A DNA stretch of 64,000 bases, taken from NCBI GenBank assembly GCA_039030515.1, contig JBCCEA010000006.1, forward strand, positions 32,001 to 96,000, in the 5' to 3' direction. This DNA is from Myxococcota bacterium. GTDB lineage: Bacteria > Myxococcota_A > Polyangia > Polyangiales > Houyiibacteriaceae. Below, piece by piece: positions 37,547-47,060 of the stretch. Both the position numbers and the translations under genes were made by a program. A model generated the notes under the pieces. It was given only the letters and a program-made list of their open reading frames with translations. It had not been told where the DNA came from and ran no database searches. Every line of letters begins with the position of its first letter. Positions within the stretch are counted from its first letter, which is position 1.

Positions 37547-39181
37547 CTAGATGAGATCGTCGTAAGAGGCGCGCTCCAGCCGACAATGCAGCAGTGAAAA
37601 ACGTCCCTCGACCGCCAAAGCCTCGCAAACCGCTTTGCGCAGTGTCTCCTCGTCTTCGACAAGCACCCCGATCCCACCAAAAGACGCTGCAATCGAGACA
37701 AAATCGGTTCCGCCGGAGTTCACGCCGAGGGTGGACAATCCCAGGTGCCGCTGCTTCATCTCGATCAACGCCAAACTGCGATCGTCATACACCACGATCA
37801 CGACGCTGAGCCGCTGGTCTCTCAAGGTGGCGAGCTCGCCGAGCGCCATCTCCAATCCCCCGTCTCCAGTCACCGCTACGGCCGGACGTAGGGGCGCCGC
37901 CAACTTCGCGCCGATCGCAAGCGGAACCGCGCAGCCCATCGTGCAGAGTCCGGAGGACTGCAGGAGCGTTCCGGCCGATTGGACGCGGTAGATCTGATTG
38001 AACGCGATCCGATGTGCTCCAGTGTCCACGGAGACAAAAGCGTGCTTCGGTATGAGCTCTGAAAGCGCGTGGCTGATGCGGGCGGGTCCAAAAACCGACT
38101 CTCGGGCAAAAGCGGCTGCCAGTGAATGGCGAGCTGATTCCGGAGATCCGCAGTCCCACACCGGACCGGCGCTTTTTTGAACGCGTTGACCCAACACTCG
38201 GAGGGTCGCTCCGATATCGCCCACCACAGAACAACTCGCTTGGTGCACGTAGTGGGTGTTCGGGACCGAGGAGATCTCGATGACCGCGGTCTCTTCGCGG
38301 AACGGGCTTCTCCAGCCTTTCCGCATCTCGATCGGATCGTATCCGGCCAGCACGACGACATCGGCCTTGCGCACAAGCGGCAGCAGGACGGCATCGGCTC
38401 GGGGACTCAGGCCCGCGCCGCCTAGCGAGAGCGGATGGGTTTCTGGAATCACCCCTTTTGCCTTGTAGGTGGTGAGCACCGGGGCGCCAAGTAGCTCGGC
38501 CAAAGACTGCAGCTCGGAGGCCGCGCGGTGCGCCAGCACATCCAAGCCCGCCAGAATCAGAGGCCGCCTTGCCCGCTCCAGTAGAGCCCCCAGTCTCGTG
38601 ACCTCCTTGTCTACCGGCGCTGTCGCCATGATTTTTGCGCGACGGACCGGAATGGGACGATCGATTCGAGCCTTGGCGACCGAGATGGGAACGTCGAGAT
38701 GTACCGGACCCCGCTGCCCATCGAACGCGATGCAGAGCGCCTTGTCGAGAATCTCCTCCAGCGATGCGACGTTCAATCGAAAGCTCGCCTTCGTCACACC
38801 GCGCAGCAGCTCTTGATGATCGAATATCTGATGGGTGTACGTATGTTGATCCTCCTCATCGATGCACCCCGTCAAAAAGAGCATCGGCACCCGATCTTGA
38901 TACGCATTGACCACTACATTAACCGCGTTCGCGACTCCCGGTCCCACCGTTGCAACCAGGACGGCAGGTGCGCCGCTTGCGTGATGGGTGCCTTCGGCCA
39001 TAAAGCCGCCGCAGTTTTCATGACGGCAGAGAATGAACTCCACGCCCGCCATTTTGAGTCCGTCTAGAAGCGAGAGTACCTCCCCGCCGGGGATGCCGAA
39101 CGCATAGCGCACGCCGGCTGCCGCCAGTCGGTTTCCGATCAGTTCCGCCACTCGGATTGGGCTACGAGCTGAGTCGTTCAC
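37547..39181 (-). CDS. Thiamine-diphosphate enzyme (acetolactate-synthase-like)
   Basis: AFGIPGGE, RHE, GPGVAN, GPVHLDVP, TMGCAVP, GDGG. Confidence 0.88.
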   Translation of the reverse strand: MNDSARSPIRVAELIGNRLAAAGVRYAFGIPGGEVLSLLDGLKMAGVEFILCRHENCGGFMAEGTHHASGAPAVLVATVGPGVANAVNVVVNAYQDRVPMLFLTGCIDEEDQHTYTHQIFDHQELLRGVTKASFRLNVASLEEILDKALCIAFDGQRGPVHLDVPISVAKARIDRPIPVRRAKIMATAPVDKEVTRLGALLERARRPLILAGLDVLAHRAASELQSLAELLGAPVLTTYKAKGVIPETHPLSLGGAGLSPRADAVLLPLVRKADVVVLAGYDPIEMRKGWRSPFREETAVIEISSVPNTHYVHQASCSVVGDIGATLRVLGQRVQKSAGPVWDCGSPESARHSLAAAFARESVFGPARISHALSELIPKHAFVSVDTGAHRIAFNQIYRVQSAGTLLQSSGLCTMGCAVPLAIGAKLAAPLRPAVAVTGDGGLEMALGELATLRDQRLSVVIVVYDDRSLALIEMKQRHLGLSTLGVNSGGTDFVSIAASFGGIGVLVEDEETLRKAVCEALAVEGRFSLLHCRLERASYDDLI

Positions 39182-39182
39182 G

Positions 39183-40322
39183 CTATACCCGCAGGATCAA
39201 CTCGAGCCCCAAATTCAATGAAAAGGCGGTCCGGTCGGAAAGCACCCAGAAGGTTGGAGCGAGCACATCGATGCCCAGCTCCACTCGATCGCTCAGCGGT
39301 AGATTCACCCCGGCGCTCAGTCGAATAAAGGGTCCGTTGTAGGGCAAATAGCCGATGCCGAAACGAAGCGGCAGGGTCGCTCTCGTGCGAGGAGAGAGAC
39401 GTAGGCGGTGTTCCACTTGCGCATACGAGAGCAGATTGTTGACGCGACCGTTTCGACCTCGAAGATTCGCGTAGCCAACATAGGCGCCGAGCAGCAACTC
39501 ACGGGACACTCGATAGTCGAAACGCATGCCCGCAAGGTGATTGTAGAACGCGTCGTCAGAGGTGCCGATGGCAGATTCGGTACTCATCGCGAGATTGACC
39601 CGCCGGCCGATGTCCGCTTCAGGCGCCTCGCCGGACTCCAAAGGGGTAAGGTCTTGGTCGTCCAAGCTCTGGGTGACGATTCCGCGTTCCGTCCGAGACG
39701 AGGATTCAGTCCGCCGCTCGCCAGAGGCGACAGTGAAGCGATAGGCCTCTTCATCAAAGAGCCGGGGCTCCGGTAAGGCCTCGCGCACCAGCCTGTCGAC
39801 CACCTGATGAAGATCCCCAGCAAGTGCGGTGCCCCGAGCGAAAAAGGGTCCGGTGTTGTCGAGACTCGCTACGACCACCTCGATCACGTAGCGGCCCTCG
39901 TGAGCCCAAACGCGTGCAAATGCGCCTCGATGCGAACCGGAAATGTAGGTGACCCGCCATAGATCGGCGGGCGCGGGTGGAAACGACATCCGCAGTCTTC
40001 CCGCCGCGGCGACCGTGTCTCGAGGGCTTTGTACCCGATAACCCATCCGCCTTGCGGTATGACGAATCCGATTTGAGACGTGGCGGCCCACTACCGGGTC
40101 TACGCCATACGGGGCTGCATCGACTACGATGAGGGACAGCGCTCCGGGCTGAGCCATCGATCCCGAAGCTGGCCACGAGATCGAGCCGAAAACGCTTGAG
40201 ATCAAGCAGAGCGCAAAAAGGGCTCGGCCATAGAAACTCTTACCTGATGCACCGAAAAGAGCATGACCTTCAGACCGTGAGCTCTTGACCCCAGCGCGTG
40301 TACCCTTTCGGTCTCGAGCCAC
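39183..40322 (-). CDS. Hypothetical exported protein, probable C-terminal beta-barrel
   Basis: Hydrophobic signal-like segment; alternating amphipathic strands ending FSLNLGLELILRV; start uncertain. Confidence 0.55.
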   Translation of the reverse strand: MARDRKGTRAGVKSSRSEGHALFGASGKSFYGRALFALCLISSVFGSISWPASGSMAQPGALSLIVVDAAPYGVDPVVGRHVSNRIRHTARRMGYRVQSPRDTVAAAGRLRMSFPPAPADLWRVTYISGSHRGAFARVWAHEGRYVIEVVVASLDNTGPFFARGTALAGDLHQVVDRLVREALPEPRLFDEEAYRFTVASGERRTESSSRTERGIVTQSLDDQDLTPLESGEAPEADIGRRVNLAMSTESAIGTSDDAFYNHLAGMRFDYRVSRELLLGAYVGYANLRGRNGRVNNLLSYAQVEHRLRLSPRTRATLPLRFGIGYLPYNGPFIRLSAGVNLPLSDRVELGIDVLAPTFWVLSDRTAFSLNLGLELILRV

Positions 40323-40363
40323 GGAGTAAGGCTACGCGAGCACTGCGAGAAGTCCAATTGCTG

Positions 40364-40430
40364 CCCCCAGGCCCCGGCTGAACCCCCCAGGCCCCGGCTG
40401 AACCCTCGACGTCCCCGCCGAACCCTCGAC
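40364..40430. repeat. 20-bp tandem repeats in the divergent promoter region
   Basis: CCCCCAGGCCCCGGCTGAAC x2, then GAACCCTCGAC x2 at the same period. Confidence 0.85.
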
Positions 40431-40460
40431 AATGGACGACCTGTCGGTTACCACCCTCCC

Positions 40461-41447
40461 ATGAAGTGGCTACCTATCTTGCTGATGACGGCGCTCAGTC
40501 TCATCGCGTGCAATCGCGAAGAAGGGTCCGGTAACGACAACGCCGAAGAAACGAACGCGCCTTCAAGCAGCGATCGCGAAAAGGCGGCCACGGAACTTCA
40601 GCAAGCCTGGGCGCAGTCTCGTCCCGATCAGGGGAGATCGCAGCAGCGACCCCAAGGCGGCCCGGATCCGGTTCCGGCGCCTAGTGACGTCGCATCGCCA
40701 CCGGGAGACGCCCGACGCACGGATTCAGGTCTCGCGTACAAGGTCCTCAAGACCGGCGACGGGCAAGAGCACCCGGGCGCTCGCGACGAGGTCACCGTGC
40801 ACTACACGGGCTGGACCACCGACGGCAATATGTTCGACAGCTCCGTCACCCGTGGTCAGCCCGCAACCTTCCCCCTGAACCGGGTGATCGGAGGCTGGAC
40901 TGAGGGCGTGCAGCTCATGGTCACGGGAGAAAAGACCCGCTTTTGGATTCCGGAAGAGCTCGCTTACGGCGGTCGACCCGGCCGGCCCGCAGGCATGCTC
41001 GTGTTCGACATCGAGTTGATCTCGATCAAACGAGCTCCACAGGCACCAGAGACCCCGAGCGACGTGCGTGAACCGCCTGCGAACTCCGAGCAAAAAGAAG
41101 TCCGTAGGCAAAACGCAGAAGGGACAGCCGTGTCCGGCACGCTCTACTCACGCGTGCTTGAACCGGGAACCGGCACCAAGCATCCGGCAGAATCGAGCAC
41201 CGTCGAGGTGCACTACACGGGCTGGACCACCGACGGAAACATGTTCGACAGCTCCGTCACCCGAGGTCGTCCTGCCCGATTTCCACTGGGTCGGGTGATT
41301 CCGGGGTGGACTGAAGGCGTGCAGCTGATGGTCGAAGGCGAAAAGCGACGTTTCTGGATCCCCGAATCGCTCGCCTACGCCGGCCGCCCGGGCGCTCCTG
41401 CAGGGATGTTGGTCTTCGACGTCCAGCTCCTCCGCATTTTAGACTGA
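40461..41447 (+). CDS. Lipoprotein with two FKBP peptidyl-prolyl isomerase domains
   Basis: Lipobox LIAC; VHYTGWTTDGNMFDSSVTRG and WTEGVQLM each occur twice. Confidence 0.95.
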   Translation: MKWLPILLMTALSLIACNREEGSGNDNAEETNAPSSSDREKAATELQQAWAQSRPDQGRSQQRPQGGPDPVPAPSDVASPPGDARRTDSGLAYKVLKTGDGQEHPGARDEVTVHYTGWTTDGNMFDSSVTRGQPATFPLNRVIGGWTEGVQLMVTGEKTRFWIPEELAYGGRPGRPAGMLVFDIELISIKRAPQAPETPSDVREPPANSEQKEVRRQNAEGTAVSGTLYSRVLEPGTGTKHPAESSTVEVHYTGWTTDGNMFDSSVTRGRPARFPLGRVIPGWTEGVQLMVEGEKRRFWIPESLAYAGRPGAPAGMLVFDVQLLRILD

Positions 41448-41478
41448 AGCGTCTCGAGCCAGCGAGCCTACAGGCTCG

Positions 41479-41541
41479 AGTACGCCCAGGGCGTCATGAC
41501 GAAGTACGCCCAGCGCGTCATCACGAAGTACGCCCAGGGCG
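41479..41541. repeat. 24-bp tandem repeat x~3 between convergent stops
   Basis: AGTACGCCCAG(G/C)GCGTCAT(G/C)ACGA. Confidence 0.9.
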
Positions 41542-41545
41542 GTGA

Positions 41546-43045
41546 TCAATGCTTGGAGCTCAGCTCCCGGACCCGATTTAGACCGTTGAGTGCAGCGACC
41601 CGGTAGGCCTCTGCCATGGTCGGGTAGTTGAACGTAGTATGAATAAAGTACATGAGCGTATTTTCTCGGCCTTTCGCGGAGATGATCGCTTGGCCGATAT
41701 GCACGATTTCGGCGGCTTGAGCTCCAAAGCAGTGGACTCCCAAAAGCTCTAACGTGTCTCGATGGAAGAGGAGCTTCAACATGCCCACGGCTTCTCCCGT
41801 GATCTGTGCGCGGGCCAGGCTGCGAAACAGCGCATGGCCGACTTCGTAGGGGACCCGCTCGGCGGTCAACTCTCGCTCGGTGCGGCCTACCGAGCTTATC
41901 TCGGGGCTTGTGTAAATACCTGTCGGGATAAACTGCGTGAGTTGAGAGTCGCAAGCGCCGTAGAGAATATGTGAAGCCGCAAACCGACCCTGATCGTAGG
42001 AGGCACTCGCCAAACTCGGAAACCCGATCACGTCGCCTACAGCGTAAATATGGGGGACTTCGGTGCGGTAGCTCTCGTCTACGTTCAAGTTGCCTCGGCT
42101 GTCGGGCGTAAGGGGAACGTGCTCAAGGCCTAGATCGTTCGTATTGCCCGAGCGGCCGTTGGCCCAAAGAAAGGCATCCGTCTTGATTCTTTTGCCGCTC
42201 TCGAGATCAAGCACGACGCCATCGTCCATTCCTTGGACGCTGGCATAGGATTCGTTGTGACGGATCAAACAACCCTGATCCCGCAGATGATAGCTCAGCG
42301 CGTCGGTAATTTCATCATCGAGGAAAGAAAGCAGCCGGTCGCGGGTGTTGATCAAATCGACCTTGACGCCGAGGTTGCGAAAGATCGACGCGTACTCACA
42401 TCCGATGACGCCTGCGCCGTAAATCGAGATCGAGTTGGGGGTATGCTGCAAGTTGAGGATCGTGTTGCTGTCGAAGATCCTCGGGTGGGAGAAATCGATA
42501 TTCGGCGGGTTCCACGGCCTAGAGCCGGTCGCGACGATGAAGGCGTCGGCCTCCAGAGTTTCGCTCACTTCCCCCGGAGACATGATGTCGATCCGGTGCG
42601 GGTCGACAAAGCGTGCATGACCGCGCACCAACCGAATCCGGTTGCGGTCGTAAAAGCTCTTGCGCAGCCGAACCTGGTCATCGATCACTTTGGCCGCGCG
42701 GCGAAGCAGATCGGGGAACGAGACATCGACGGCGTATGCGGGCTCTGAAAATAGGGGGCTTCTGCGAAACTCCAGTAGGCTCTGAACCGAATGACGTAGC
42801 GTCTTGCTGGGAATCGTCGCCCAGTGGGTGCAGGCGCCCCCCACTTCGTGATGGCGCTCGACAACCACCACCTCGGCGCCGTCTTTTTTGGCCTTCATCG
42901 CGGCCCCTTCGCCAGCAGGGCCACTGCCGATAACGACAATGCGTTGCGCCCGGCGGGGTGCCGAAGGTTCTTGCAGTTCAAGGGGCGTTTCAGGGTTGGT
43001 CGGGTTGTGCTCGGTCACGAGCCCGAGGGTACCAGAACGCCGCAT
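41546..43045 (-). CDS. sthA: Soluble pyridine nucleotide transhydrogenase
   Basis: [63 protein letters not shown]; start may be GTG 43018. Confidence 0.95.
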   Translation of the reverse strand: MRRSGTLGLVTEHNPTNPETPLELQEPSAPRRAQRIVVIGSGPAGEGAAMKAKKDGAEVVVVERHHEVGGACTHWATIPSKTLRHSVQSLLEFRRSPLFSEPAYAVDVSFPDLLRRAAKVIDDQVRLRKSFYDRNRIRLVRGHARFVDPHRIDIMSPGEVSETLEADAFIVATGSRPWNPPNIDFSHPRIFDSNTILNLQHTPNSISIYGAGVIGCEYASIFRNLGVKVDLINTRDRLLSFLDDEITDALSYHLRDQGCLIRHNESYASVQGMDDGVVLDLESGKRIKTDAFLWANGRSGNTNDLGLEHVPLTPDSRGNLNVDESYRTEVPHIYAVGDVIGFPSLASASYDQGRFAASHILYGACDSQLTQFIPTGIYTSPEISSVGRTERELTAERVPYEVGHALFRSLARAQITGEAVGMLKLLFHRDTLELLGVHCFGAQAAEIVHIGQAIISAKGRENTLMYFIHTTFNYPTMAEAYRVAALNGLNRVRELSSKH

Positions 43046-43146
43046 CGCATCCGGAGAAAGCCGCTCGATGTCCCGCCGGCAGCGTTCGACGTCTCATCCG
43101 CCACCCGCCGAGCTGATGGGCAGGGTGGGGCGGTGGGACACGCGGA

Positions 43147-45618
43147 TTAAAGTTTCTCAGTTTCCCGCAGGAAGGCATCGATTGCATTGTCGTCAGTTTG
43201 ATACTCACTGCCCCCCTGAGCCGGCAACTGTTCGACTGCTGGGTAGCCAAAATCACATCCAGCGGCTTTCCTCGCCATTTCGTCAAAATCAGGGCTTCTT
43301 GTACGAGCGGGAAAGCTAACACTTGTCAAATCCCGGGCCGCGGCTCCATGCGCCTCACCCACTCCGGCCTGGAGCCGCGGCCTCTTTGCTTGTGGCTGTG
43401 CGGAGGAAACGGGCGCTGGGGCTGGGGCACCCGAACTAGCGGGGGATGGGCTGGCATGAACCTCGAGCCAATCATTGTACCAATTTTTTACAAAAGATAC
43501 TGCTCTCTGCGTTGAGTACCCTCCTCCGTCTTTGGCACCCAAGCGTATCGAAACCGCTTTCACCGCGTCATCATATAGGCATTGGGGTGAGTGATCGAGC
43601 AGGTAGTACAGATGTAGACGACTGGCGATGCTTTTGTACCCTTTTTCCCGCGATTTCGCATGCGGACCCTGACGCAAGAGCGCTTGAATCGCTTTGTGAA
43701 CCGAGTCAAGTGAAAGAGATCGCTCTGCCTCCGTGAGACTCGAATTAGTCTGAAGAAAATCACGTGCCGAAGACAGACCTTGCTCTGAGCCCGAACGTGG
43801 TTCTTGTCTTAAGTTGCCGACAAGATCATGCAATTCTAACCAACCACTGAGTGCTTCCAGCACCTTTGGTGTGATTGCTAGCGGCGCTGTGTCTATCTCA
43901 TGCTTAGACGTAAATCGTAGTGGAGCAACGCTCGCAGGCGCAGCGACGCGGGGCACATATGGAGGACGTGGCGCCGTGGCCGCAGCAGGTGCGGGTCTCG
44001 GGGGTGCGGCCGGCGCAGGGGCAGCGCTCGCACGCACGAAGGCTCGAGGTGGTGGCTGCCGGCATGATACTTGGCTAACAGGGGCTGCGGGTCTCGGGGC
44101 CCCGACTGGCGCAGGGGCAGCGCTCGCACGCACGAAGGCTCGAGGTGGTGGCTGCCGGCATGATACTTGGCTAACAGGGGCTGCGGGTCTCGGGGCCCCG
44201 ACTGGCGCAAGGGCAGCGCTCGCACGCACGAAGGCTCCGGGCGGCGGTGGTGGCTGGTAGGGCGGCCAGCTAACAACGGGCGCTGGGGCTCCGGCCGGTA
44301 CCGGCTGTTGTGGGTGTCTGATGACCGGTGGCGCGGTGGCTGCAGAACGAGCGTGCCGACTCTGTGTCCACGCCGCATACCACTGACCTACCAATTGTTT
44401 CGCTTGGTCGGGTTTGTACCCCTCTCCTTGCTTACCCTCTAAGAGTGTCTCCACTCTAGTCGTCGCAGCCAGATGAAGCTCAGGGGGATTATCCGATAGC
44501 AGCCAGTGCAGATGTAGACGATAAGCCAAATCTTCGGACGATGTGTCCTGCCAGTTCGTGTACGGACCCTGACGTAAGAGTGCCTGAATCGCCCTCCGAA
44601 CCAGGTCGCTTGAAGTAGATCGCTCTGCATCTGTGAGGCCGACATCATATTTAAGAGATATAGTCGCCCATTGTAGATAAAGATCATCTGGCGGTGTGTC
44701 TTGTGTGATGTTCGTAGGAGGCCTAATCAGGAGCAAAACATGAAGCCCCGACAGTACCTTTGGTGTGACGTCTACCGGCGCTGTCAATACCCGAATCTCA
44801 TCCTCGGATAGTGGCGACATAGACGCCGTGGTTGCGGCTGGTGCGGGTCCAGCGCTCGCAGGTACGGTTTGAGCATAGGCGGGGGATTGCGATGAGAGGG
44901 GGCCAGCAGTCGTTACAGAGGGCCCAGGTGCTGGAACCATATCCCGTTGGAGTGATTCGTAGATGCAGGCAAGCTGACGATAATCTTGTTCCCAATCAGT
45001 CCCGATCCCGATGTTCAAATTTCTTAATAAAGACGCACCATCTGATAAGAGGCTACTAGCCTCTATCGCAAGATGAGAGTCGCCACGAAGCCCAGAGTAA
45101 ATGCTCTTCCACAGATCATTAATTTGGATATCGGTGGATATTGGGCACTCTCGATACTCGTGCCTCCGAAAAAGAAGAGCACATCTAAACATAATCCGGA
45201 CAACTCGCTCGCCGAGATTCCAAAACGCTGGACTTCGTATATGAAGTAGATGATGTGCGTGGTCGAAAGTGGGCCATCGTGCCGGATCAAGATACGCTTG
45301 ATTCGCTGCAGATAGCGGAACTTGTAGCGTTGCATAATACTGACTGAAACCTAGGTCATAACCTGCTGGTCTGGCTCCAGAACTACCGTCGCCAGCGGAC
45401 GCCTGGTCGCATATTATGATGAGTAATTTAAGTATTTGCTCATCACTGCACCTGTCAGCGATACCAGTCCGAATGTACCTAAGTACTTGTTGAACGTTGC
45501 TCGGAGTTAGAAAATCAAGCGGTGAACGTTTTATGTGTTGGTCGATGATATGGGCGAAAAAGAGCGTGCGTATGATCAGAGCTGCTGACGGAAACAGTCG
45601 CACCTGCCCAGATTGCAT
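43147..45618 (-). CDS. ORFan, 823 aa, two copies of an unrecognised ~135-aa domain plus Pro-rich repeats
   Basis: Long open frame in AT-richer DNA; internal duplication TPKVL...LT.AERS...AIQALLRQGP...RLHL..LL...WY..W. Confidence 0.75.
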   Translation of the reverse strand: MQSGQVRLFPSAALIIRTLFFAHIIDQHIKRSPLDFLTPSNVQQVLRYIRTGIADRCSDEQILKLLIIICDQASAGDGSSGARPAGYDLGFSQYYATLQVPLSAANQAYLDPARWPTFDHAHHLLHIRSPAFWNLGERVVRIMFRCALLFRRHEYRECPISTDIQINDLWKSIYSGLRGDSHLAIEASSLLSDGASLLRNLNIGIGTDWEQDYRQLACIYESLQRDMVPAPGPSVTTAGPLSSQSPAYAQTVPASAGPAPAATTASMSPLSEDEIRVLTAPVDVTPKVLSGLHVLLLIRPPTNITQDTPPDDLYLQWATISLKYDVGLTDAERSTSSDLVRRAIQALLRQGPYTNWQDTSSEDLAYRLHLHWLLSDNPPELHLAATTRVETLLEGKQGEGYKPDQAKQLVGQWYAAWTQSRHARSAATAPPVIRHPQQPVPAGAPAPVVSWPPYQPPPPPGAFVRASAALAPVGAPRPAAPVSQVSCRQPPPRAFVRASAAPAPVGAPRPAAPVSQVSCRQPPPRAFVRASAAPAPAAPPRPAPAAATAPRPPYVPRVAAPASVAPLRFTSKHEIDTAPLAITPKVLEALSGWLELHDLVGNLRQEPRSGSEQGLSSARDFLQTNSSLTEAERSLSLDSVHKAIQALLRQGPHAKSREKGYKSIASRLHLYYLLDHSPQCLYDDAVKAVSIRLGAKDGGGYSTQRAVSFVKNWYNDWLEVHASPSPASSGAPAPAPVSSAQPQAKRPRLQAGVGEAHGAAARDLTSVSFPARTRSPDFDEMARKAAGCDFGYPAVEQLPAQGGSEYQTDDNAIDAFLRETEKL
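43990..44255. repeat. 96-bp in-frame tandem repeat x~2.8
   Basis: PPPRAFVRASAAPAPVGAPRPAAPVSQVSCRQ units; copies start 43990, 44086, 44182. Confidence 0.95.
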
Positions 45619-45818
45619 ACAAAAACCTAGCAGGGAGGAGCTGGTGGTCCAATATCAGCCGGTTTCCCATCGAAAGCGGCGTCTGGGAACACGGCTTAGG
45701 GCTACCGGTTCTCTCACGGTGCCGAGGTTGATGGTCTCTGCACTCAAGCCAAGCGCAACACCACGCTTCGTATCATTGAGCTGCAGTGTGCTGTGCGCTT
45801 TCGTCGCAATATGTTCTT

Positions 45819-45999
45819 TCTCCCCAGCAGCGCCACTGCCGATAACGACAATGCGCTGCGCCCGGTCACGGCCCCGAGGGCGCCAGAACGCCGCATCACA
45901 TCCGGAGAAAGCCCCCAGTGTCCTGCCGGCAGCATTCGACGTCTCATCCGCCACCCGCCAAGCCGATGGGCAGGGTGATGCGGTGGGACATGGGGATTA
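45819..45999 (-). pseudogene. Degenerate duplicate of the sthA 5' end and upstream region
   Basis: Aligns with 42907-43149 (translates [15 protein letters not shown]) and lacks 42954-43014. Confidence 0.9.
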
Positions 46000-46953
46000 T
46001 ACCGGAAAAAATCTGTTCAGAAACTCTTGAAATGCTGGATCGTCCCCCTCTCGTACAGTGTCCGCGCCGCCCCGCGACCCCGCCTCTGATGGTACCGGAG
46101 CAGCGGGCCCAGGCGCGGCTCCACTCGGTGGCGGAGGCCGATGGCGTGGAACAGTTGGTGGGTATAACGCAGTGCGATTCAGTTGATGCGGGTCGTACTT
46201 GCCGATGATGGAGTGCAGTGTGCTTGTGGCGTGGCAATACGCCAGTGTCACTCGTTTTAGATCATCACTGCCTGGATCATATCGATGACCCAACCACCAC
46301 AGCGCTTGATTTAATGGGATATCGCAATAGATATCTGCTCGAGACTCACGTAGAAGTTGTTCGACCGGACTCTTATCATACCGCACTTTCCCTAGTTCTT
46401 ACCAATAACTGTGCTCTTCACGTATACCGGACAAATCATGAAGCAACTGTTGCGCAGCTCCAGGAATAGTCGTTTCTTGCTGTTGTGAAGAGTGTTGGTT
46501 CTCCAAACGGCGGTCTAAATAGTAAAAAGCAGTACTAGTCCACAAGAGCCGGCTGAAAAGTTTTTTGTTGTTGTGGAAACGTAGGCCTTGCATGTAGCTC
46601 TTATGATCGAAGTAGATTAAGCATTTGCAGTTGAAATCCTTGTATTTTGGAAGATAGGAACCAAAACCTAATAGGTCTCGATTGCCACTCAGGTCTTTAG
46701 GATCGGGGGTTCCTGTGAATGGTTGCCGGTATACTGCGATGAGGAGCTTCAATATCTGCTCGTCACTGCCCGCGCAGTATTCGCTCCGAACGTATCTACA
46801 GATTCGCGCGCGATTGCTCTCGCTCAGAGCGGCAAAGATATCAGGATTTTCCCATCGAGTGGTTATCGTATAAGCTGCACAACAGATGCGTACAACTGCT
46901 TCGATGCCGAGTGCTTCAGTATCTTGACTGCTTGTTAATCTACCGACTTACAT
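45997..46953 (-). pseudogene. Pseudogenised paralog of the 43147..45618 ORFan (two in-frame TAA)
   Basis: One frame: M*VGRL...SNRARICRYVRSEYCAGSDEQILKLLI...SYW*ELGKVRYD...DDPAFQEFLNRFFPV; stops at 46948-46950 and 46399-46401; SDEQILKLLI is identical in the paralog. Confidence 0.8.
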
Positions 46954-47060
46954 TTATAAGAACTAACAGAGAAACGCTTTTGGTCAATACTCGAGAGGGC
47001 TCTTTGGTGGAAGACACGCTCGGGTACACGGCTTTTGCCGAGCGCGGACCCTGTGGCCTT

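Noticed and set aside
40790..41420. Near-identical DNA repeats
   Set aside because: These are the two FKBP domains of one protein, a known architecture.
45655..45954. 99-aa ORF with a Rossmann-like motif as a real gene
   Set aside because: It is the decayed sthA 5' duplicate running into unrelated sequence.
45997..46953. TAA recoding or programmed readthrough
   Set aside because: TAA is used as a normal stop in clear genes here (e.g. 13374, 52500); nonsense mutation is the simpler explanation.
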